Below, one piece after another: positions 39,390 through 53,079 of a DNA stretch of 64,000 nucleotides; within the stretch, counting starts at the first letter, position 1; the number at the start of each line of letters is the position of its first letter. The DNA comes from Chiloscyllium plagiosum (taxonomy: Eukaryota). The notes beneath the pieces were generated by a model. It had not been told where the DNA came from. It ran no database searches and saw only the letters and a list, made by a program, of their open reading frames with translations. The position numbers were made by a program, and so were the translations under genes. Location: positions 22,928,567 through 22,992,566 of the forward strand of contig NC_057720.1 of assembly GCF_004010195.1 (NCBI RefSeq), written 5' to 3'.

Positions 39390-39765
39390 CATAGAGATGT
39401 AATTGAGCTATATAAGATGCTGAAAGGGATTGACAAAGTCAGCACTGAGCAGATGTTTCCCCTTGTGGGAAAGCCCAGAATGATAGGTCAGTTTCAGGGT
39501 CAGTAATGGCAGATTTAAAACAGACGAGGAGGAATTACTTCTCGCAAACATATATGAATCTGTGGAAATCACTACCCCAGAGTGTCATGGACACTGGGAC
39601 TGAATAAATTTGAGGAGATTTTTAATTAGCAATGGGTTAAAGAGTTATGGAAAGCAGGCTGGAGAATGGAGTTGAGGTGGACATGAGATCAGCCATGACT
39701 CTATTAGGTGATGGCGCAGGCTTGAGGGGTTGAATTGCCTACTCCAAATGCCAATTCTTATGTTT
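39390..39765 (+). mobile_element. CR1 3' fragment
   Basis: DVIELYKMLKGIDKV motif followed by a CR1-type 3' UTR. Confidence 0.75.
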
Positions 39766-39949
39766 GTTTTTCCATGATAATCTGAGATATACCAGTATCT
39801 AACCTTTGATTGTATTATTGAAGGACTCTACTCTACGTGTGCTTCACTCTGTCTATCACACACACACTTTTTTCAATCCAATTAACTTTGGCTCTACTGT
39901 GTTGACTGGAGAACAGTTTTCAAGTTTGCTTCAGGTTTCTGAAGTCCTA

Positions 39950-40145
39950 GATACAACAATCAGGACATCAGGTATTATTCCACTGCTCTTCTTCAGAAAT
40001 TGCCACGTAATCTTGTAAGTCCACTGAGAAGTTTAATTACTCATTGGAAGTGATCAGAAACTTGTCATTGCCCAAGTCTTTGGAACAAGACTTGACCCTG
40101 TAAACCATGACTTCAGAGATGAGAAAGCTACCGCTGAGCCACAAC
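39950..40145 (-). mobile_element. Decayed Deu-type SINE
   Basis: Minus-strand head gtggctcagcggtagctttctcatctctgaagtcatgg and body ggcaatttctgaagaagagcag. Confidence 0.5.
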
Positions 40146-40396
40146 AGTGGAATCACCGGCTGCTGGAAGAAAATTGTATCCTTCTTTCATAAAAGAGACC
40201 ATGGACTACATTTTAACTTGATTTTCTTTCCTATTTTGTGAATACAAATTGCCAGGAGTAAAATGTTCCCTGCAAAATGCATACAGTGGGGGTAGCTGGG
40301 AGATGACATACAGGGTACTTACTGCACAAGAAAGTTTAAAGTTGCTTCACGTTCAATTGAGCGGGCTGCACATCAAAAGGAAACATTAAAAGGGAC

Positions 40397-40735
40397 ATAG
40401 AATCACTACAGTGTGGAAACAGGCCATTCGGCCCAGCAAGTCCACAACAACCTTCTGAAGAGCATCCCACCCAGATCTATTCCTCGACCCTATTACTCTA
40501 CATTTCCCATGACTAATGCACCCAACCTACACACTCTTGGACATTTTAGCATGGCCATTTCATTTAACCTGCACATCTTTAGATTGTGGAAGAAAGCTGG
40601 AGCACCTGGAGGAAACCCACACAGACATGGGGAGAATGTGCAAACCCCACACAGATAGTCACCTGAGGCTGGAATCAAACCCGGGTCCCTGATGCTGTGA
40701 GGCAGCAGTGATAACCACTGAGCTGCCATGCCACC
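40397..40735 (-). mobile_element. HE1-like SINE, full length
   Basis: tRNA-like head, V-domain and tail. Confidence 0.9.
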
Positions 40736-42639
40736 AATTGACAGGGTGTACAATTCTCAATTTTACCACCTGGTACTGCAAGTTCAAGTCCAGTCTATAT
40801 TGTTTGTGATGACCAATGAGCCTCTTGCTACTAATATCTAATCTGTGTTTAAATAAATAGAGACATAAAAGAATAAAAACGAAGATCATTGGCAATGATG
40901 CTAGTGCTGAAGATATAACATAAAATAGCATTAATCTTCTGAAAAGTAAACTTAATCATACAGGAAATTTGACTTTAAATGTTCTTTTGTTGAAATTACT
41001 TTGACATTTACAGCTACAGACTGTATTGTAATTGTGATTGATTGGCCTTTGCTGGCAATATTGTATTATCACTGATCAGCTACAAATACTATATTAGTCA
41101 TACTATCTAAAGGCAAGCATTACCCTGTGACTTCTATTAGTTCTATTGAGATTGTGTTTTAGCAATCAATATGGAGAGGACATGGACTCAGGTTGTTAAA
41201 TCAGATCTGCTGAGGTTAAAAAAAAAATCAGCAATAAACAGAAAGCTATTCCATAGCCTGAATACATGTTATTGACATAGATGCTGCTGGGGGTTTGTCA
41301 AAATGGTGCAGGTCAGTGCACATCTAAGTCTAAGCAATCAGTTATCATCAGACTAATAATTGTGTAGACACATCTTCAAGCCACAGTGACACATATTAGT
41401 CCTACCAAGGTCTGTTTATTGTCTTTCTTCTCAAGCACATATATTCCTCAGTTGCATTCTGTCAAATTTAGTCAGCTTGATTGCTAATATTCAGTAAATT
41501 TTGATCATTCAGTATTTTGACACAAATATACTCATTATCACAAAGCAGTCAAACAAATCATTGGTGATTCAGAAAATATAACATTAACGTCCCATAAAAA
41601 CTGAACACTGAGGTAAGCTCAGTGTTCATTTTATGGATCTGTCTTCATGTCACCTTCAGAATTAGTTTCAAGCTTTTATTGTTGGTTAAAATGAAAGACA
41701 CAATCAAATCTACTGTGGCAGTGATCATGATGTAGCAGATGATACATTCATTTATATTAATGAGAACATTGTTTAAGCAATGAACAATGTATTTTACTGC
41801 TGTGTTCTATTTGTGTTTATTCTGATTTATTTTTACGTTTTAAGGCAAGATGGTGTAATTAAGTCTCTGCTGAACATCCTGAGGTCAACAACAAGTTAAT
41901 TGGAATTGTAGAGATGAGTTTCTAGATTGTCAGATGCTCATAAGTTTCTAATTTCAGGTCAGAAGGAATCAGCATAGAATAACTGCTTTTGTTTTTGATG
42001 CTTTTGAAGTATGGCCTCTGAAGTGTGAAAGACTAATTATTTTAAATATGTTAAAATTACTGGATATTGCTTTAACGTCAGGTGAAATTACTTTACTTTT
42101 GTCTTTTGTTTTGTTAGTTAACCAAAGGATAATATTTGTTTTAATGGTTGTTATTTTTATCAAGATTAAGTCTGCAGACTTTGTGCATGGTTCTGATCGT
42201 GGTACATCTCTATTGTTTTAAATAATCCAGGTCTTTGGACACAATACTTTCTAGTTGGCCCGCAATGGTATTGAATAAAGTGCTAAATCTAAATACTACT
42301 TTTTTCTTCTTCAAGAGTATAGATTGACAAACATTTTAAAATGTTGAAATAAATGAATTGAGGATAACACTAATCCAAGAAAAATATGCACAGATTCCTA
42401 TACATCAATTAAATTATCAGCACACGTTTTGCCTATTTTGCTGTCAGCACAATGATTCTCTGGTGTTGTTAGTGACTGATAAGGCAAGTATCTTTATTTG
42501 AGATGGAAATTCTCTGGGTTGCACCCACATGCTGTTAGTTCTTGAATAGATTTTACAGACATGTTGATCCATTTTACTGGAGTCGTATGCAGATCTGCTA
42601 AATAGCATGTATGTTTTGCATATGCAAAAACTGTAGAAT

Positions 42640-43050
42640 CATAGCTGGATCATCCCATCTGGTTGCTGAGCAGCGAGTCTGCCAACATCTCAATGATCAA
42701 AAAAAATCCCTGTTTTCAAATTCATTTGTACCTTTCCAATGTCTATCATTTTCTCCAACCCAATGATGTTCAAAGGAATCTGCAATGCTCCATTTCTAGT
42801 GTCTTGTGCGTTAAACATTGTTGGTCATGCCTTCAGCTGCCTGGACTCTTGATTTTCCTCTCTAAAGATCTCCATCTGTGTACTTCCTTCTCTTTTAAGA
42901 TGTTCCTTCAAATTTGCCTTCAAATCTCAAATTTTTGTGTACTTGATCTAATACCTCCTTGTGTGGCTCAGTGCCTGTTTTTGTCTGGATGTGTCCCTGT
43001 CAAATGCTTTGGAATGTTTTAATATATTAAAGGAACTTATAAGTTCCTGT
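42640..43050 (+). mobile_element. L2-like LINE 3' remnant
   Basis: gccttcagctgcctgg...ctttggaatgttttaatatattaaagg resembles L2 3' ends. Confidence 0.5.
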
Positions 43051-43345
43051 AATGTCAGATCAAAAACTTAATCGCAACTATCTAGACCAGTGGAACAAAA
43101 CAAGGGAAAATAAAGAGCAAGAAATTGCAAATGTTTGAAAATCTGGCATATTTGTTTATGAGCCATAATAAAATTTAAATCAATGGATATCAGAAAGAAT
43201 AAGTCCTCTTTGGCTCGAGTCAGACCTCATAAAGGGAAATTTATTTTGATTATTGGAGGCCAATTATCCCAACCCCAAGATATCCTTGTAAGGGTTTCAA
43301 GATTTAAACACCATTGCCATAAACACACAGTGGTAGCACTATGTA

Positions 43346-44172
43346 CAGAGGAACCTCAATTATCCAAACGAGATGGGCACGCACTATTTTGTTCGGACAA
43401 CTGATTATTCAAATAATCAATTTTAGCTTAAGCAGGGGAAACCATACTGATCTAATGCTGTGGTCTACTGGAGAATTTGTTTAAATCTATAATTTCAATG
43501 AGTCTGCCATTTTAACAAACTAATCTTTGCAATCTGCAAATTACAGGTTAAAATGAGAAGAACTAAAGTCAAGATTAGAGTGGTGCTGGAAAAGCACAGC
43601 AGGTCAGGCAGCATCCGAGGTGCATGAAAATCGACGCTTCCGTCAAAAGCCCTTCATCAGGAATGAGGCTCTTCGGATGCTGCCTGACCTGCTGTGCTTT
43701 TCCAGCACCACTCTAATCTTGACTCTAATCTCGAGCATTGGTAGTTCCCACTTTTGCCCCGAGAAGAACTAAACCTTTACCATGAAATCCCAGCATGAAA
43801 CAAGGTGACGAGCAACTTTTACGATTTCAAGACCATTTACAATATCAGTTTCCGGGAACTCAGTCTCGCAATAGAAAGACAGAAGCCCCACCCCACGCAT
43901 ATGTTTACGTTCTCGGCCTTTTTTTTTAATGAACATGACGGTAAAGTGACAGGAATATTGTAAAACACTCACTTTGCAAAGGGCTGTGTAACAACCCTTA
44001 CCTCAAAAATATCCATTCGCTGATGCTTCAGCTGCTTGTGTTTCTTTGTTTTTGCCAGTGTTTTCACATCTACACTTACCTCTTTGATGTAATGTTTTTG
44101 CAGGAATTTGAAATCGTCTTTGGATAATCCGATATTTGGATGATCACGATTTGGATAATTGAGGTTCCTCTG
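43346..44172. mobile_element. Non-autonomous Tc1/mariner (Tigger/pogo-like) element
   Basis: Perfect 23-bp TIRs CAGAGGAACCTCAATTATCCAAA at 43346-43368 and 44150-44172. TA on both sides (43344-43345, 44173-44174). Confidence 0.9.
43568..43760 (+). mobile_element. Fold-back PLE-type insertion nested in the MITE
   Basis: ~50-bp inverted arms and a decayed core on the minus strand (ctgatgaagggcttttgacggaagcgtc). Exact 13-bp TSD gagaagaactaaa at 43555-43567 and 43761-43773. Confidence 0.85.
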
Positions 44173-44174
44173 TA

Positions 44175-44490
44175 CCATCTATAAGCAGCACTGCAGCAAC
44201 TTGTCAAAGCTCTTATGTTAGCACCTTCCAAAGCTGCAACCTCCAGCAGCGAGAAGGACAAGGGCAGCAGATGCCCGAGAGCAATGCTACCTGCGAGTCC
44301 CACTCCAGACTACACACAATTCTGACTTGAAACAATATCACCGTTCTTTCACTATCATTGGGCTGAAATCTTGGAACTCCCGTCATAAAAGCATTGGGGA
44401 TTTTTCAACACCAAAATGGATTGTTGAGGTTAAAAGGGCAGCTCACCACCACCCTGTCAAGTGCAATTACTGACAGTCAATAGATGCCAG
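44175..44490 (+). mobile_element. LINE 3' fragment (CR1/L2-group); host of the MITE
   Basis: gcagctcaccaccacc...gcaatta 3' end, related to 61510-61800 and to the tail of the second SINE family. Confidence 0.6.
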
Positions 44491-45884
44491 CTAAATTAAT
44501 AAATTGACAATCAAATAAATAAACAGCTCATGAACAAATTTAAACTGAAATAAACTGTGTAAGGTACAGATGTAGTTATTCTTCACTTTCAGCACCAGTT
44601 TTTGCCAAATCAAGCTGTAATGATGTGTTTGGTATACTGTGGGTTTACTATTGACTTTCCAAGGTAGTGAATTAGCCAGCCATTTTATACCTCTGCCAAT
44701 TTTTGTTTCCATTGAAGTCAACCGAAAGAAAAATCAATAGGCTATTCATTCACAACCAGCCTTTTCACACTATTGGGCACTATTAAAATTGCCCCTGTAT
44801 TTTATTGAGAATTAATCATGTGTGGTGTAACAAGGCAGAAAGTGCTGACAGCTATTTATATTTAGCACTGTTTTAACTCTTCCTACCCAATGGAAATGAA
44901 TCACTGGCCATTATTGAAAAATGACATTTTTTTTCACTTGTTAAGGCTTTGTCAATGCAATTAATGGAGAATGTATTGTACTCCACATGAGACATAGCAT
45001 TAATTAGCTTAAAATGGGGGAAATTTTAAGCTAACGTTTGAGATAGATCATCTTATGCATTCAGTCGAGAGGACAGAGTCTGGTATGATGCATATTCTGG
45101 ATGAATTTGGAGAAAGGTAAATGAGCTAAAACAATGTTGATTAAGCAAATTGATATCTGTTTCAGCCTAAATATATGCTTTGCTTGTATTTAGCTGTTGT
45201 TTTCTGAAACTTCGATGGTCACTTTCCCAGAATTGCTTTTATGAGGACCTGATCCTGATTTTAAATATGACATTTTTATTCATAACCATGGACATAACTC
45301 TGTTTAGCTTTATATTATAAAAACATTTTTTTAAGATTATTATTGTCATGTGTGTTTGAGTACAGGAATACAGGGAACAGTGAAAATTGTACAAAGTTGC
45401 CTTTCTCTGGTACCATCTCAGCGTACAAAAGACACTGGAACCATGGAACCAAAGCTGGAACCATGTTTCCCTTTTTTGGAGTCATTTTGCCTCCATTTGT
45501 AAGGCAATTCAGCATTTCGCTAGGAAATGCAAATTCTGACAGCAATTCAGCAGTCACACTTCAGAGTGTATTAATATGCCACCATTATAAAAGAAGAGAA
45601 ATGCAATTTCTGATGTGAAATTCTGAATTACTTTCCAAAAAGATGTGTTTCTGACTATTGAGCTATTGGTGTCTTAATATTTATAGAAAGAGAGAGAAAT
45701 GGATAATGATTATGAGGTGAAATAAATCTTTCTCCTTCATGAAGCTGCATTGTTAGCATTGGTATATAATCCACGCATTGAAGATGGAGGATTGCTTGCA
45801 ATATAGTACTGTTCATAAATGATTGGGAAAGAAACATGAATTTTATTTCATTTCAAAGCCACACTTGTGTGCCTTGTATTGTAA

Positions 45885-45995
45885 ATAAAACACACAGAGA
45901 ATGCTCAAGAAACTCAGCAGGTTTGGCAGTATCTGTAGTGAGAGAAATAGAGTTAATATTTCATGTCTAGTATGGCTCTTCTTCAGAGTTCTGAG
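45885..45995 (-). mobile_element. Decayed pLTR fragment (family of 18893)
   Basis: Minus strand ctgaagaagagccatactagacatgaaatatt...ctgctgagtttc. Confidence 0.6.
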
Positions 45996-47279
45996 TTTGA
46001 ACTTTCTTCCAATTGAGTCAAGAGCAACTCAGGCAGGCTGTATCACGTTAATCATATCCATTTGGTTTTCCTCTTTGCACTGCTCCAAGATAATGCTTTC
46101 CAACCAAATGGTGAAGGTAACAATTTAATTCACTGCACCAAGCTTAGGTATTTTAAAAATAGTCTTTCTATCAATCTGCAAATCTGTGATATGTTTTTAA
46201 CTTGAACTCAGCTATTTAAGTAAACACCTTAATGCATCAAATTTCAGTCTCATTTGATATTTTAATGCAATATACTTCTACAAATATTGGAGGAAGGAAT
46301 TTAAATAAGAGTACAGGTTGTTCTGCTATAGCATGCGTTTCAAAATATGAATTTGCTATTACATGATTGATGACTTGGGGACGCTTCTTTAAGGCATGAA
46401 CCTTTAAAGTTTGTATTGGCTGTTGTGTGATTCCAACCCCATTAGTTGGTATAGTGCTGCTATAGCATGATTTTCTTATAACACGGAATTGCATGAGGAC
46501 GGAACTACTGCATTATAGCTGAACTGACTGTACATTGAATTATGTATCAGTAAAATCATTAATGAGGGCAATTTCAATTCTGTTAATGTCTTAAAATTGA
46601 TGTAATGTTATTAATTTTCTGGAAAATGAACATTGCAACATAAAAGAACAGGTAGCAGACCTTCAAACTTTAAGGTGCTTTGGAAAAGTTACCAAAACAT
46701 AAAATGCTGGAAACACTCATTGAGTTAAGCAGTATTAGTTGATGTACCATTTCCAAACTTTCCAAACTTTGTGATGAAATGTACTGAAGTATTGACCCGA
46801 TGTTGACAGGGGTGAATTTTACAAATGGAAAGGTCAAAGTTTTGATCTGGAAGACAAAGTGGCCCACCTCTGAATCTGCTTAAGCAGATTGAGGTCATTC
46901 TTACAGGAGCTACCGCTGACAGACAGGCATATCTTGCAGTTAAGTAGCGAGCATTCCAAAAGAGACAAGACCTGCAGGAGCACCTAACAAGTGTACTACT
47001 ATGGTTTTGAGAGTGTGGGGGGAAGGAATGGTTCCAGCAACTAACCCCAGACCCTTGACCTTCAATGTTATTGGGAGAGATGAGTGAATGATTTTGGATT
47101 GAGGGAGTCTGTAGGAATTTGGATCCAATGAGAGAAGCAGGTTTTTTGGGGGATGGTGTACTAACAGTCCTTAACTGTCATACTTGAGCTGCTGGATTTC
47201 AGAAGGTTTGGGAATCCAGGTCTGGCAAAGGCCTGGGAGATTGATCGCAAAGGGTTAAACCTAGAAAACAGGTCAAATG

Positions 47280-47960
47280 TGGGGAGACAGTGAATGGTAA
47301 TATCAATGGACTGCTAATCTTGAGATGAGGCTAATCCTTTGGGACATGAGTTGAAATTCCATCACAGTAGAATTAATTGGATCTGGAATATAATGTTAGT
47401 CTCAGTGATTGTGACTATGACAACAATCTAGTTGACTAATATCCTTCAGGGAAGGAAATCTGCCATCCTTGTCTGTTCTATATGTGACTCTAGATCCATA
47501 GCAATATAGTTGACTCTGAAATCATAGAATCCCTAAAGTGTGAAGGAAGGCCAATTGGTCCATTGAGTCCACAGCAACCCTCCTGAAGAGCATTCACCCA
47601 GACTCAACCATCCCCCCATCCCTTTAACCCTGCATTTCCGTTCACCAAGCCTGCACATCCCTGGATACTATGGGAAACTTAACATGGCCAATTCACGTAA
47701 CCTGCACATCTCTGGACTGTGGGAGGAAACCGGAGCACCCAGAGGAAACCCATGCAGACACAGGGAGAATGTGCAAACTCTGCACATTCAATTGCCTAGT
47801 GGAATTGAACCCAGGTCCTTGGTGCTGTGAGGCAGCAGTACCAACCACTCAGCCACCATACCTCCCTAAACTGGTCCAGAGAAAAAGCCAAACATGTTCT
47901 CAGTTCAAGAACAATTAGAGATGGGTGATGAATGTTGCCCTTTCCCATGATGCTAGGACC
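47280..47960 (+). mobile_element. Second-family SINE split by an HE1 insertion
   Basis: Body motifs at 47440-47517; the tail resumes at ~47900-47960. Confidence 0.65.
47518..47866 (-). mobile_element. HE1-like SINE
   Basis: V-domain and tRNA-like head on the minus strand. Confidence 0.9.
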
Positions 47961-48194
47961 CTGTGCAAGAGTTTTAGGGAGGTATATTATATAAGTTAAA
48001 TGGAGAATTACATTGGACAGCTAATCATGGCAGTTCTTCCCATGATATCTGGAGTGTTCTAAATCATAAGCCCGTGGTGTAGGATGATGCAATTTGTAAA
48101 CAGCTTGGTCAGCAAGTCAACAATTCTAGTTCCATCCAAATATAAAAGCTTGCTGGTCCATTGTCTCAAGTTTTACTGAGGATCCACCATAAGG

Positions 48195-49345
48195 CATTGG
48201 AGTGGAAGTCGGCCATTCAGCCCAATAAGTTACTTCACCATTCAATGAGATTGTGTCTCATCTGATAATCCTCAGCTCCACTTTCCTGCCTTTTTCTTTG
48301 ATTCCATTACTGATTAGTAATCCGCCTTGAATATAATTAACGATCCAACCTCAGCAGCTCAGTGCAGTAAAGAATTCCAAAAGTATGTCACCCTTTGAAT
48401 GAAGATACTTCTCATCTCTCCCTAACTGGACAACTCCTTACCCTGAGATTAAGGTCTCCGGTCCTAGACTCTTCCACAGGAGGAATCAACTTCTCCACAT
48501 TTACCCTGTCAAGGCCCCTAAGAATCTTACATTTTTCAGAGGTAGCCTTTCATTCTTTTAAACTCCAATGAGCACAGGCTAAACCTCCTCATAGAAAAAT
48601 CCCTTCTGACCATGAATCAACCTGGTGAACTTCCTCTGCGCTGTCTCCAATGCCAGTATATATTTTCTTAGATAAGGAGATTGAAACTGTTCAGTTTCTG
48701 GCTGTGGTCTGATTAGTACCTTGTATAATTTTAACAAGACTTCCCTATTTTTACTCTCCATTCCCTTTGAAATAAAAGACAATGTTTCATTTTATGCTCC
48801 TATTACCTGTGAATGTGTATGCTGGCTTTCTGTGATTAGCAGTAAGACTCTCAAATTGCTCTGTGCTTCAGATGTCTGCAGCCATTGTCATTTAGATACT
48901 ATTCAGCTCATCTATTCTTTCTGCTAAAGTATATAAACTGCCATTTGTGCATATTATATTCCATGTGCCAAGTTTTTGTCCATTCTGTTCCACCGGTCTA
49001 TATTCTTCTGTAGACTCTTTGGAGCATCGCCACTTGCCTTTCCATCTATGTTTGTGCCCGCAAACCTGTCTATAGTACATTTGCTTTCATTATCCAACAT
49101 AATACACACTGTAAATAATTGTTGCCAAAACACTGATCCCTGTAACACTCCACTAGTTAGAAGTTAGCCATTGCTCTTATCTTGTTTAGCAGATTAACAT
49201 GTACCTCATCAAGCACTTCTGGAAATCTAAGTATAACACATCTACTAATTCACCTTTATCAACCTTCCATTTTACCTTTTTGAAGAATTTTAATAAATTT
49301 GTCTGATATAATTTTCTCTTCATGAAGCCATGTTGAGCCAAGCCA
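48195..49345 (-). mobile_element. CR1 LINE remnant
   Basis: LQGSVFWQQLF, LLKLYKVLIRP and LETAQRKFTRLI motifs. Confidence 0.85.
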
Positions 49346-49492
49346 CTGCAGCCAATAATTTCCAGAGCTACATTTACTTGTGCAGGATAGTCAAATATAT
49401 CAATAGAACAGAGAGATCCAGGGGTTCAGGTACATAATTCATTGAAATTTGCCACACAGGTAGACAGGGTGGTTAAGAAGGTGTTTATCACA

Positions 49493-49648
49493 TGATAAAT
49501 TTGCTATAAATTCTGTGACTTACAGTCTTAAATTCCACAACCACCTGATGAAGGAGCAGAGCTCAGAAAGCTATTGCTTCCAATTAAACCTGTGTTGTGT
49601 GATTTTTAACTTTGTACACCCCAGTCCAACACCGGCATCTCCAAATCA
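49493..49648 (+). mobile_element. Short insertion with hammerhead-like core (third family)
   Basis: CTGATGA-A-GGAGC-AGA-GCTCA-GAAAG-CTA at 49545-49573. Possible 9-bp TSD tttatcaca at 49484-49492 and 49649-49657. Confidence 0.7.
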
Positions 49649-49905
49649 TTTATCACACGGAGTTGAGATGTCATATTGAGGTCTTGCAGGAGATTGGTGA
49701 GACTTCTTCTGGCGTACTGTGTGTGGTTTTGGTTTCCCTATTATAGCAGGATATAGTTGGTTCTGACACAACATGATAGTTCTGTTCTCGTGCGACCTCA
49801 CATGATAAGAAAATTGTGCAATAACCATATCATTTAAACGAATGGTTTATAATGCCAGAATCACGTTATAGCGAATACAGGTAGGGAAAGTTTATGTTCC
49901 ACAAA

Positions 49906-50209
49906 GTTAGCACTGGTGCCTCACAGCGCCAGAGACCCGGGTTCATTTCCCACCTCAGGCGACTGTGTGGAGTTTGCACATTCTCCTCGTGTCTGTGTGG
50001 GTTTCCTCCGGGTGCTCCGGTTTCCTCCCACAGTCCAAAAATGTGCAGGTTAGGTGAATTGGCCATGCTAAATTGCCCATTGTGTTAGATGAAGGGGTAA
50101 ATGTAGGGGAATGGGTCTGGGTGGGTTGTGCTTCGGTGGGCCGGTGTGGACTTGTTGGGCCAAAGGCCCTGTTTTCACACTGTAAGTAATCTAATCTAAT
50201 CTAATCTAA
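49906..50209 (+). mobile_element. HE1-like SINE, slightly 5'-truncated
   Basis: Near-consensus V-domain and a (TAATC)n tail. Confidence 0.92.
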
Positions 50210-50279
50210 CCTGAACAGCCTAAATTCTTCAATGGTGTTAAAGCCAATTAATATTGAAGAAACATGTATTATAGCAGAG

Positions 50280-50775
50280 TAGACTATAAACTGGAGAGAG
50301 TTCAGAAAAGATTTACCAAGATGTTGCCATTAATTGAGGATTTGAGATATAAACATAGACTGGAAAGGCCGGGACCTTTTTTTCACTGGAAGAGATTGAG
50401 GGGTGACCTTATTGAGGTTTATAAAATCATGAGGGACATAGATAAGGTGAATGACAAGAGTGTTTCCCTCTGGTGGGAGTTCAAAACTTGGGGGCATGTT
50501 TTTAAGATGAGAGGAAAAAGATTTCAAAAGGGCATGAGGGACAACTTTTAATGCAGAGAATGATTTGTATGTGGAATGAACTGCCGGAGAAAGTGGTTGA
50601 TGCAAGTACAGTTAAAATATTTAAAAGACATTTGAATAAGTTAATGAATAGGAAAGGTTTGGAGGGATATGGGCCAAGTGCAGGCAGGTGGGACTAGTTT
50701 ACTTTGGGAACATGGTCAGATGGACTGATTGGAACGAAGGGTCTGTTTCCATGCTACATGACTTTATGATTCTAA
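50280..50775 (+). mobile_element. CR1 3' fragment
   Basis: LERVQKRFTKML and RLRGDLIEVYKIM motifs. Confidence 0.9.
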
Positions 50776-53079
50776 TTGACCCGAGTACATGCAATCAACT
50801 AAGAATTTTCTCCTGTTATTAAACGATTTTAGACAACAATTGAATCCTCCATTGCTGATGCGAGTAAGATGATTAATATAATTGTTAATTAAATATAATA
50901 TTAATATCTTAATTACATATAAATGATTTTATCTAATTATTACCATTATTTCAGCTCTATTACAACCCAATGCTATTTTACATTTTCATTACCAAAATTT
51001 CATTTGAAAGGTTTCAATATGTCAAAAGAACTTCTTCTGCAATTCTGTTAGTTATTCAGTTAGTTCAGTAAACACTTGACCATTTTTCAATATTTTATAC
51101 ATTTGTTCATAAAAATGTAGCATAATGGGTTGGGTCCAATTTTCTCACACTTGTGAAACACTCCCGTGCTGGGCACAAGCTATCTATTAGCTTAATTGTA
51201 AATTTTAAGAAAGCTCATCCGATCTTAGCAATTAGATTAAAGTAATAGACTGCCTCAGGACTCAAACTTGTAACTGTTTGGTTGGAAAGCTAATTCTTTA
51301 TCTCCTTGTTTACAAGAGTGGTAATCAATGGATCTTTTATTAAGCATTTTCAGTCCGGGTCTTGTGATGTTCAGTTATGTTACAAATCTGCTGAATCAAC
51401 AGCATTTTCCTTTTTGATTCAGGTAAATCAACTAAAGCAATGAAACGTGAAACCATTACAGGAGTTTAATAGTATTTCTCCACTACTTGCACAAATGATG
51501 CAAGCATCACTTTGTCTTACAATATTATTATGAACGTGGACAGTTTTCAAGCGTCTTTTGCTTATATGATATGTGTTGTACACCATCACTCCTTTCCAGG
51601 AATGTTTGAGTATTCCACTGATCCTGAAAGTGAAGCCATTAGGAGTTCTCAGCTTCTGGAGGTGCACCCATGACAGTAAGGTCAGAAGTGTGGGATTGTG
51701 GTCAATAACGACTGAGATCAGTGAGTGGTGAAAATAGCCTCTATATTGAACATCTGCAGCAGCACAGTTCAAGGTGGCAATGGAATCCAAAGTACAGTTT
51801 TTCAGTGGGTTCTACAGTTTTTACATACATTAAAATTTTAGCATTGTGGTGTCACAATTTTGTGTCTATTGTACACAAATTTGCATGACATTTGTCCTGT
51901 TCTGCTGATGGGATTAGAATGTCTGTCCAGTCTTAGCTTGTATAAATATGAGGTGTTAGTCCTTTTGACTTTAAAGTTAGTAATGTTAGTAAAAATACTA
52001 GACCTGTATTATCTAAATAAGTGAGAAATCATATGTGTGCTGAATAAAAGTATGGAGCTGGGTCATGAGATTTTATTTATTATTTCCAGTTTTGACACTT
52101 CTTACACATTCATTCTTGTAGTTTCAAATAAATGCTGTTTTGATATTAAGTTTCTTAAAGGGAGTAGCAGCCCTATTTAAATACATTTAAATGTATTTTA
52201 AAAGTACATACCAGTGGAGGAAATTGTTTGATGTTCTGCAACCTATTCAGGTTTCAATAGACAATTAATCTTTCTATAGTTTTGAGTGAATTTTGGAGGC
52301 ACAACGACAGGGTTGGCATTGTTCTGAGTAGGTTATAGTATTAACACTTCTTCAGGGGTAGCTTTCGATACAGAAACAGGTCTAAGCATTGCTTGCAGCA
52401 TGGGGCTGATAAGAATTGAAATGTGGAAAGAAACAGTAATGGATTGGAAGTGGTGTTTAATTCAGTTTATTTTGTAAGAGTAAAATGTACTACTAAAACC
52501 CAGTTTTATGATTGAGTGAATTAAAATATGGTATCGTAAATATAGTGCGCTTGTGAGTGAGTTGGTAAAGAGAGTAATAGTACAATATCTCACAGAGGGG
52601 AGGAACCAGGAAAAGCACAATCCAAAACAAGTTCTCAACTGTGAACCAGGCCGAAGATCCTCATGTGATATCAATGGCTGCAATGGCAGATGTTACGAAG
52701 CCGAAAGAGTGTATGTTCACTTTAAGATAGAAAGTGTTTTCTGAATTTTAAAATAAATTTAAAGTACAGCCACAGCTGCCAGAACAGCTAAGAGACGTTC
52801 CAAAATAGATACATGTGACAATTGGCTGTTAAATGGATACCTGAGTTTTGGTTGCTCTTTTGACAACACTTCAAATTTAACCAATTAATTTAGATTATGC
52901 CAGGATACTACAACTGAATTGAATTTGAATTTATTGTATTGACAACATCAGACCATGAGAGGGAACAATGTTGGGGGTATAAATACGCGGGTATTTTGAA
53001 AATTGTTCAGAGCAACTGCCACAGAACTGGAGAGCTAACTGCTCATTTGACATCTTCCTCTCAAGAAAGCAAGAAATGA

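Noticed and set aside
2016..50209. Minus-strand bias of HE1 SINEs (5 of 6)
   Set aside because: Sample too small to be meaningful.
51540..51760. Gypsy RNase H remnant (VVIDHNP on the minus strand)
   Set aside because: Only one short motif; too degenerate to call without an HMM search.
52691..53040. Possible solo LTR (starts TGTTACG, contains TATAAATA)
   Set aside because: No second LTR, terminal CA with TSD, or primer-binding site identified.
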